Positions 63,574 through 64,000 of a DNA stretch of 64,000 bases are shown piece by piece (within the stretch, counting starts at the first letter, position 1; every line of letters begins with the position of its first letter). Both the position numbers and the translations under genes were made by a program. The stretch comes from Candidatus Poribacteria bacterium (GTDB lineage Bacteria > Poribacteria > WGA-4E > WGA-3G), in assembly GCA_965215265.1 (NCBI GenBank), contig OZ244048.1:1888001-1952000 (forward strand), written 5' to 3'. The notes under the pieces are model-generated. The model did no database searches. It saw nothing but the letters and a program-made list of their open reading frames with translations, and had not been told where the DNA came from.

Positions 63574-63683
63574 CTTGAAGCCAAGAGCGATGAATCGATA
63601 AGACGAGATTTGGGGAGAAAATTAGAGTCTCTGTCCGCTTCGTTGCATTCAGTGAAAATTTCAACCGAGAGAGGAATCCTCTG

Positions 63684-64000
63684 ATGCCGCAAAATGAGAA
63701 GATCCGGATTGGACACAGTCCTGATTCCGATGATGCTTTTATGTTTTATGCCCTTGCTAAAGGGCTTATTCCGACGGATCCGTTTGAGATTGTCCACGTT
63801 ATTGAGGACATTGAAACTTTAAATCGTCGGGCACTCGCCGCAGAATTAGAAGTCACGGCGATTTCTGTGCATGCGTATAGTTACGTTGCCACCGATTATA
63901 TCCTCATGCCGTGTGGGGCAAGTATTGGTGATAGATATGGTCCACTTGTTGTTTCCAAAGTACCGATGACGAGTCTTGCTGGGAAGCGTGTGGCGATCCC
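63684..64000 (+). CDS. mqnD: 1,4-dihydroxy-6-naphthoate synthase MqnD (runs off window)
   Basis: Manual translation MPQNEKIRIGHSPDSDDAFMFYAL...DIETLN...TAISVHAY...GASIGDRYGP. Confidence 0.85.
   Translation, partial: MPQNEKIRIGHSPDSDDAFMFYALAKGLIPTDPFEIVHVIEDIETLNRRALAAELEVTAISVHAYSYVATDYILMPCGASIGDRYGPLVVSKVPMTSLAGKRVAI

Overview
Bacterial chromosomal window spanning the replication origin. The core genes are rpmH <- dnaA - oriC - recF - dciA - gyrB - gyrA (no dnaN), plus ispH, ftsH-folP-acpS, yigZ, a lysine-less GcvH-like gene and mqnD. Gene content (SprA/PorU/PorV-like proteins, HEAT/TPR proteins, a C-terminal 'KL..WG.IK' motif) suggests Candidatus Poribacteria or a relative; this is inference. 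Four things stand out. (1) A partly decayed ~12 kb island (6.8-18.7 kb) built from repeated modules: promoter -> small secreted His/Cys-rich peptide ending C-x-x-C/SSS -> hairpin -> membrane-anchored 'GDxPEV' paralog (7 copies). It also holds an ABC exporter, a frameshifted PqqD/RRE-like gene absent from the ORF track, and two complementary broken copies of a tandem-sigma4 ECF-like factor. (2) A type IX secretion-like gene set whose SprA-like translocon carries long YG/FG-rich inserts. (3) A covarying hairpin repeat family, with copies inserted inside an AIR-synthase-family pseudogene. (4) An oriC with 11-bp-phased TTATGCACA/TTATCAACA boxes next to a DnaA whose DHTT signature reads NHTT. All calls come from reading the sequence by eye; no database searches were run.
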